64,000 bases of DNA from Bryobacteraceae bacterium (lineage in GTDB: Bacteria > Acidobacteriota > Terriglobia > Bryobacterales > Bryobacteraceae): NCBI GenBank assembly GCA_049969655.1, contig JBMFOK010000002.1, positions 112,891 through 176,890 on the forward strand. The letters are read 5' to 3'. The notes beneath the pieces are model-generated. The model ran no database searches. It was not told the DNA's origin and saw only the letters and a program-made list of their open reading frames with translations. Position numbers and translations under genes: made by a program. Within the stretch, counting starts at the first letter, position 1; the number at the start of each line of letters is the position of its first letter. Shown in pieces: positions 59,245 to 64,000 of this stretch.

Positions 59245-60252
59245 ATGATGATGCGCGCGATCCTTCCGCTCCTGGCCGGCCTGGCGCTGGCAGCGCCGGC
59301 GCAACCGCTCCGGATGGTCTTCGTGGACACCGAGGGCGGGCAGGCAACGCTGATCGTGACGCCACGTGGCGAGTCCCTGCTGGTGGACGCAGGCTTTCCG
59401 GGCAACAACGGGCGCGACTCGGACCGCATTGTCGCGGCCGCGCGCCGGCTGGGGATCTCAAGGATCGACTACCTGCTGGTGACGCACTATCACCTGGACC
59501 ATGTGGGCGGCGTGCCGGAGGTGGCGGCGAAGATCCCGGTGAGTGTCTTCATCGACCATGGGAGCAACACCGAGACGTCAGCGCAGGCGAAGGCCCTTGA
59601 GGAGGCCTACCGGAAGGTGCTGGCCACGGGCGCGAGGCGGCTGACGGTGAAACCGGGCGACGTGCTACCGCTCAAAGGCGCGCGGGTGGAGATCGTCGCC
59701 GCGCGCGGCGAGCGGATCGCCGGAGCCCTTCGTGGCGGCGGGCAGCCGAACCCGCTGTGCGCGCAGGCGGAGCGGCGCCAGGATGACCCGACAGAAAACG
59801 CGCGCTCCATCGGTTTTGTGCTGACCTACGGCCGCTTCCGCTTCGCCGATCTGGGCGATCTCACCTGGAACAAGGAACTCGAGCTGGCCTGCCCGCGGCA
59901 TTTGCTCGGGCCAGTGGACCTGTACCTGACCACGCATCACGGCCTCGACCAGAGCGGCTGTCCGCAGATCGTGCACGGGATGCGGCCGCGGGTGGCGATC
60001 ATGAACAACGGGGCGCGCAAGGGCGGCTCTCCGGCGGCGTGGCGGATCGTGGCCTCGTCGCCCGGGCTGGAAGATCTCTGGCAACTGCACTACTCGGTGG
60101 CCGGGGGCAGGGAGGCCAACGTGAGCGAGGAGCGGATCGCCAACCTCGAGGAGAAGTGCCAGGGATTCGGCATTGAAGTGGAAGCGACGCGGGACCGCGT
60201 CCTCACCGTGCGCAACCAGCGCAACGGATACACGAAAACATATCGTCCCTGA
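59245..60252 (+). CDS. Secreted MBL-fold metallo-hydrolase
   Basis: Signal peptide MMMRAILPLLAGLALAAPA. LLVDAGF and THYHLDHVGG (HxHxDH) motifs. Confidence 0.8.
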   Translation: MMMRAILPLLAGLALAAPAQPLRMVFVDTEGGQATLIVTPRGESLLVDAGFPGNNGRDSDRIVAAARRLGISRIDYLLVTHYHLDHVGGVPEVAAKIPVSVFIDHGSNTETSAQAKALEEAYRKVLATGARRLTVKPGDVLPLKGARVEIVAARGERIAGALRGGGQPNPLCAQAERRQDDPTENARSIGFVLTYGRFRFADLGDLTWNKELELACPRHLLGPVDLYLTTHHGLDQSGCPQIVHGMRPRVAIMNNGARKGGSPAAWRIVASSPGLEDLWQLHYSVAGGREANVSEERIANLEEKCQGFGIEVEATRDRVLTVRNQRNGYTKTYRP

Positions 60253-60306
60253 GCGAGCCGCGCACCGGCTTGCCACAGGCGGCCGCGTTTATGCATCAAT
60301 AGACAC

Positions 60307-60744
60307 ATGAGGGTGCGCTGGGTCCGCTGGGCCGTGATTGTTGTGGCAGCCGCTTTTGTGGGCGCGCAGGCCGTGCGTCCGGAGAAGACCAATCCTCCGG
60401 TCGTTGCGCAGAACACGCTTCAGGCACAGTACGAAGTGCCGCCGGAGGTGCAGCGGATCCTCGAGCGGTCCTGCGGCGACTGCCACTCGAACCGCACGCG
60501 CTGGCCCTGGTACAGCCACATCGCGCCGGTCTCGTGGATGCTGGCCGATCACGTGAAAGACGGCCGGCGCCACTTCAACATGGACGACTTCACCGAGGAG
60601 ATGTCGCTCAAGGACGTCTGCCAGGAGATCCGCGTCGGCTCCATGCCGCTGAAGGGCTACGTGCTGATGCACCCGGAGGCGAAGCTCACGGGCGCGGAGA
60701 TCCAGACCGTGTGTGCGTGGACGCGCGAGGCGCGGCCGAAGTGA
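60307..60744 (+). CDS. Haem-binding-domain protein (Haem_bd/PF14376-like)
   Basis: N-terminal TM segment. CGDCHSNRTRWPWYSHIAPVSWMLADHVKDGRRHFN is the characteristic CxxCH...WPWY...APVSW motif. Confidence 0.7.
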   Translation: MRVRWVRWAVIVVAAAFVGAQAVRPEKTNPPVVAQNTLQAQYEVPPEVQRILERSCGDCHSNRTRWPWYSHIAPVSWMLADHVKDGRRHFNMDDFTEEMSLKDVCQEIRVGSMPLKGYVLMHPEAKLTGAEIQTVCAWTREARPK

Positions 60745-60813
60745 CGCCCGGCGGCAGGGCGCGGCTGCGCCGGCGCCCGGGATGAGGCAAACTGCAAGAG
60801 GAGGTTGGAATCC

Positions 60814-61104
60814 ATGGCGGAAGCCAAACCGAAGCGCATGGTACACTGCGTCAAGTTCGGGCGCGAGATGGAGGGCCTGGACGAGGTGCCCTTCGACAAC
60901 CACCCGCTGGGCCAGCGGATCTACGACAACGTCTCCAAGGAGGCGTGGCGCATGTGGGTGGAGCACATGAAGATGCTGATGAACGAGTACCGCCTGAACC
61001 TGGGCACGCGCGAGGCGCAGGAGTTCCTGCTGCGGCAGATGGAGCAGTACTTCTTCGGCGAAGGCTCGCAGTTGCCGCCGGACTACGTTCCGCCGGAGCG
61101 CTGA
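60814..61104 (+). CDS. yggX: Fe(2+)-trafficking / oxidative-damage protection protein YggX
   Basis: MVHCVKFGREMEGLDEVPFDNHPLGQRIYDNVSKEAWRMWVEHMKMLMNEYRLNL matches YggX. ATG 60814 is preceded by AGGAGG (60799..60804). Confidence 0.85.
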   Translation: MAEAKPKRMVHCVKFGREMEGLDEVPFDNHPLGQRIYDNVSKEAWRMWVEHMKMLMNEYRLNLGTREAQEFLLRQMEQYFFGEGSQLPPDYVPPER

Positions 61105-61127
61105 ATTCTTCGTTTGGGCCGCGCAGA

Positions 61128-61155
61128 CAGTGGCTCAGGCTGGCATGAGCCACTG
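61128..61155. terminator. Perfect 10-bp-stem hairpin in the convergent yggX / BNR intergenic region
   Basis: CAGTGGCTCA-ggctggca-TGAGCCACTG. No T-run on either side. Confidence 0.45.
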
Positions 61156-61174
61156 GGTTCCGCGCAGGCGCGCG

Positions 61175-62320
61175 TCAATATTCGAGCCACGTGCCGGCGA
61201 TGTGGCGCGTGCCATCGTGCCGCTGGAAGTAATACACGACGAGGGCGCGGCGGCCCGGCAGCGCCACGGCCCACGGGTAGCCGAGATCCGTGCCGCCGCC
61301 GTCGTCGCGGAGCGTGAATTCTCCGGCCTCGGCAAAGTCCGTGCATTCCGGGTTCAGGATGCGGGCGCGGATCCCGTAAGGCGGGTGACGGTATCCGTAG
61401 ACGAGCAGGACGCGGCCGTCTTCGAGCCGCACGGCCTGGAGCGGATGTCCGCGCCAGCCCGCGTCCTGCCAGCTCTGCCAGCGTCCGGCGCGCGGATCGT
61501 AGCGCACCACGACGGCGTGATCGTCGAGTCCGGCAGTGCGGACAAAGGCGACCAGCGCCCCCGAGGGCGTCTCGTAGAGCGAGGTTTCGTTGAAGGACAC
61601 GCGGCTGTCGGAGGCGATCACTCCACGGTACTGCCATGTGAGGCCGCCGTCGGCGGACGTCATCCAGTGGATGTCCGTGCCGGCGGTGCGATCGCGGCCT
61701 TTCGGATAGGCTATGGCCCAGTGGAGCGTGCCATCGCGCGTCTGGCAAAGCGCGCCGCGGTTGTAAGCGGGCAGCGGGGCGCCGTAGCAGTCCGGCACGT
61801 CGCGGCCCGGCGCCGGCGGAGGCGTGATGGGCCCCTGCCAGGTGCGGCCGCCGTCGCGCGAACGCAAGAGGTATCCGCCCTGGAAGGCGTAATCGCCCAG
61901 CCAGACGCCGGCGGGCACGGCATTGCGCGCGGCGGGCCCGACATGGATCCACAGATAGGAAGCGCACAGGATCGTGCCATCGCGCAACACGAGCAGGCAC
62001 GGGTCCTGTGAGCCCCCAAGCGGATGGGCGAACAGGAGTTCGGGTTCGCGCGTCCAGCTCCGGCCCGAGTCGCGCGAGCGGACCAGGACGAGCTGGCTGT
62101 TGGCGTCGGTGTGGGTGACGCCCTTCGCACCCAGGCGGCGGCGTTCCGGCGCGCGCCGGAAGGCCACGATCAGCTCGCCGTTGCGGAGCCTGGCCACGGA
62201 CGGAAACGCACTGTAAAAGCGGTCGTCGGAGTAGATGACGATGTCGCCTGCCTTGCGCAGGCCGGACGCGGCGAACACGGCCGGAGCCCTCAGCAGCGAG
62301 CGGCGCGTGATGGACCTCAT
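61175..62320 (-). CDS. Tat-signal BNR/sialidase-fold protein (second paralogue-like copy in the window)
   Basis: Leader MRSITRRSLLRAPAVFAASG. BNR-like motifs SRDSGRSW, SRDGGRTW and SADGGLTW. Alternative start at 62335. Confidence 0.7.
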   Translation of the reverse strand: MRSITRRSLLRAPAVFAASGLRKAGDIVIYSDDRFYSAFPSVARLRNGELIVAFRRAPERRRLGAKGVTHTDANSQLVLVRSRDSGRSWTREPELLFAHPLGGSQDPCLLVLRDGTILCASYLWIHVGPAARNAVPAGVWLGDYAFQGGYLLRSRDGGRTWQGPITPPPAPGRDVPDCYGAPLPAYNRGALCQTRDGTLHWAIAYPKGRDRTAGTDIHWMTSADGGLTWQYRGVIASDSRVSFNETSLYETPSGALVAFVRTAGLDDHAVVVRYDPRAGRWQSWQDAGWRGHPLQAVRLEDGRVLLVYGYRHPPYGIRARILNPECTDFAEAGEFTLRDDGGGTDLGYPWAVALPGRRALVVYYFQRHDGTRHIAGTWLEY

Positions 62321-62397
62321 GCCGGGATTGTACATGGCGCGGCCCCTCATGCGGCCGGAACAGCGGCAGGCGGCCGCGCGCGGATACAATCTTGTCC

Positions 62398-63510
62398 ATG
62401 CGCAGGTTCATCCTCTCCGCAATCACTTCTCTGCTGCTGCTTTCGCCCGCCATGGCGCAGAAGCGGGCGAAGAACGTCATCCTGTTCCTCGCCGACGCGG
62501 CCGGAGTGCCAACGGTCAGCGCCGCCAGCCTCCACGGCTACGGCGAGCCGCTGAAGCTGTACGTCCAGAGCTGGCCCCACATGGGGCTGATGGACACGAC
62601 CACCGCCAGCGCCTATGTCAGCGACTCGGCCGCGGGCATGACCGCCATTGTCACCGGCGTGAAGACGCAAAGCGGCGTCATCAGCATGGGCCCGGACACC
62701 GAGCGCGGAAAGAAGGACGGGCGCATTCTGAAGACGCTGCTCGAGTATGCCGAAGAGAAGGGCCTGTCCACCGGCGTACTGACCAACGTCTCCATCGCCG
62801 ACGCCACCCCGGCGGCCTGCTACGGCCATGCGAACGACCGGCGCAAGCAGGGGGAACTGTTCCTGCAAATCTTTCGCCCGCGCTTTGGCGACGGGCCGGA
62901 CGTCGTCATCGGCGCCGGCCGCAAGACCATCTGGAGCCAGGCGGGCGGAGAGATTGAATCGGCGGCGCAGAAGGCGGGCCGCAGCATCTACGCCTCGCTC
63001 GCGGACGTCCCGGAAGGCGAAAGGCGGCCCATCGTCGTCAGCGAGGGCGAGATGGACGTGGCCGCGGCCGCACGTCGGGCGCTGAAGCTGCTTTCGGCGA
63101 ACCGCAAGGGCTATTTCCTGATGATCGAGTGGGACGCGCACACCGACAACCCGCGGCAGGGGCTGGACAACCTGGTGAACTTCGACAGGCTGATCCGCGA
63201 GATCGCCTCGCAGGTGAACCTGAACGACACGCTGCTCATCTTCACGGCCGACCACTCCTTCGAGCTCCGCATCACCGGCGGCCGGCGCGGCGTGCCGCTG
63301 CTCGAAGGACTCGACGAGTGGATGGCCAGCCACAGCCCGAAGGAGGAGATCCGCATTCCGGCGCTGCGTGTGGGCCACTCGCACACGGGTGAGGAGGTGC
63401 TGATCGCCGCCATGGGCGCGGGCGCGGAGCGCGTGCGCGGCTACATGCCGAACACGCGCGTCTTCGACATCATCATGCAGGCCTGGGGCTGGAGCCCCGG
63501 GCCGCGCTGA
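62398..63510 (+). CDS. phoA: Alkaline phosphatase (PhoA family), secreted
   Basis: Signal peptide MRRFILSAITSLLLLSPAMA. NVILFLADAAG, the active-site block SDSAAGMTAIVTGVKT, and TADHSF...GHSHTGEEV metal ligands. Confidence 0.8.
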   Translation: MRRFILSAITSLLLLSPAMAQKRAKNVILFLADAAGVPTVSAASLHGYGEPLKLYVQSWPHMGLMDTTTASAYVSDSAAGMTAIVTGVKTQSGVISMGPDTERGKKDGRILKTLLEYAEEKGLSTGVLTNVSIADATPAACYGHANDRRKQGELFLQIFRPRFGDGPDVVIGAGRKTIWSQAGGEIESAAQKAGRSIYASLADVPEGERRPIVVSEGEMDVAAAARRALKLLSANRKGYFLMIEWDAHTDNPRQGLDNLVNFDRLIREIASQVNLNDTLLIFTADHSFELRITGGRRGVPLLEGLDEWMASHSPKEEIRIPALRVGHSHTGEEVLIAAMGAGAERVRGYMPNTRVFDIIMQAWGWSPGPR

Positions 63511-63804
63511 AAGCGGGCTGGGGGCGCGCTGCGGTCCGGCGGCAGGAAACGATTCGCTCTCGTGTTGCGCTCCTGGAGGAGCGACCGGGCACGGGCGGAG
63601 AATGGATCGAAGGCCCGCGCCGGCCGAGGCCCCTTTCAACGCCAGACGGCTTCAGTGCCTCCCCTGGTGCGTGCTGAGGCCGTCTCCTCCGGGAGTTTGC
63701 GAACAGGCACACCGTGGCCGCAGGACATGGTACGGCTCCAGCGCGCCTGGCCTCTACCGGCCTCCGTCAGGCCCTGGCATTTGTCCCGCTGATAGACTGG
63801 CGGC

Positions 63805-64000
63805 ATGCCGAGGTATGGAGCCCTGGAAGCGGGCGGGACGAAATTCCTGGCGGCCGTGGGAGAGAACCCGCTCCGGCTGGAAAATGTGACGCGCATTCCG
63901 ACGTCGAATGAGCCGGCGGAGACGATGGAAGCGGTGATCGAGTATTTCCGCCGCTCTGCTCCGCTCGAGTCCCTCGGGGTGGCGACCTTCGGGCCGGTGG
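63805..64000 (+). CDS. ROK-family sugar kinase (fructokinase-like), 5' part; continues beyond the window
   Basis: My own translation from ATG 63805: MPRYGALEAGGTKFLAAVGENPL...LGVATFGPV, the ROK/fructokinase N-terminal ATP-binding motif. No stop before the window end, so it is absent from the ORF track. Confidence 0.6.
   Translation, partial: MPRYGALEAGGTKFLAAVGENPLRLENVTRIPTSNEPAETMEAVIEYFRRSAPLESLGVATFGPV

Overview
High-G+C bacterial chromosomal window (roughly two-thirds G+C by eye). I call about 60 protein-coding genes and three tRNAs: Leu-TAA, Gln-CTG and Met-CAT. I found no rRNA, CRISPR array, transposase, integrase or phage genes. The gene content suggests an Acidobacteriota-like soil bacterium; this is inference only. 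That content includes many signal-peptide or Tat glycan-active enzymes, BNR/sialidase-fold proteins, a YVTN propeller, a PQQ dehydrogenase, Gfo/Idh/MocA oxidoreductases, weak Shine-Dalgarno usage and very tight gene packing. Housekeeping genes are engB-rho, aat, pdxA, nifJ (PFOR), ahcY, galE, gcdH, hom, pyrR-pyrB-pyrC, thiG, argC-argB plus a short GNAT, and yggX. Accessory blocks sit between them. (1) A secreted oxidoreductase / YwaF-like membrane protein / BNR / discoidin-GH2 operon. (2) A PQQ-dehydrogenase gene overlapping a heptahaem cytochrome c gene, followed by an Ntn-hydrolase. (3) A TPR plus beta-barrel protein translationally coupled to a glycoside-hydrolase-like TIM-barrel protein, with no synthase nearby. 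(4) A SahR-like ArsR-methyltransferase regulator divergent from ahcY, sharing a perfect palindrome. (5) A 680-bp non-coding gap between convergent genes that may encode a structured RNA. (6) A lower-G+C pair of hypothetical genes at the 3' side of tRNA-Gln. I saw no recognisable defence, secretion or biosynthetic system. The candidates above are hypotheses from reading the sequence and ORF translations by eye; no database search was possible.
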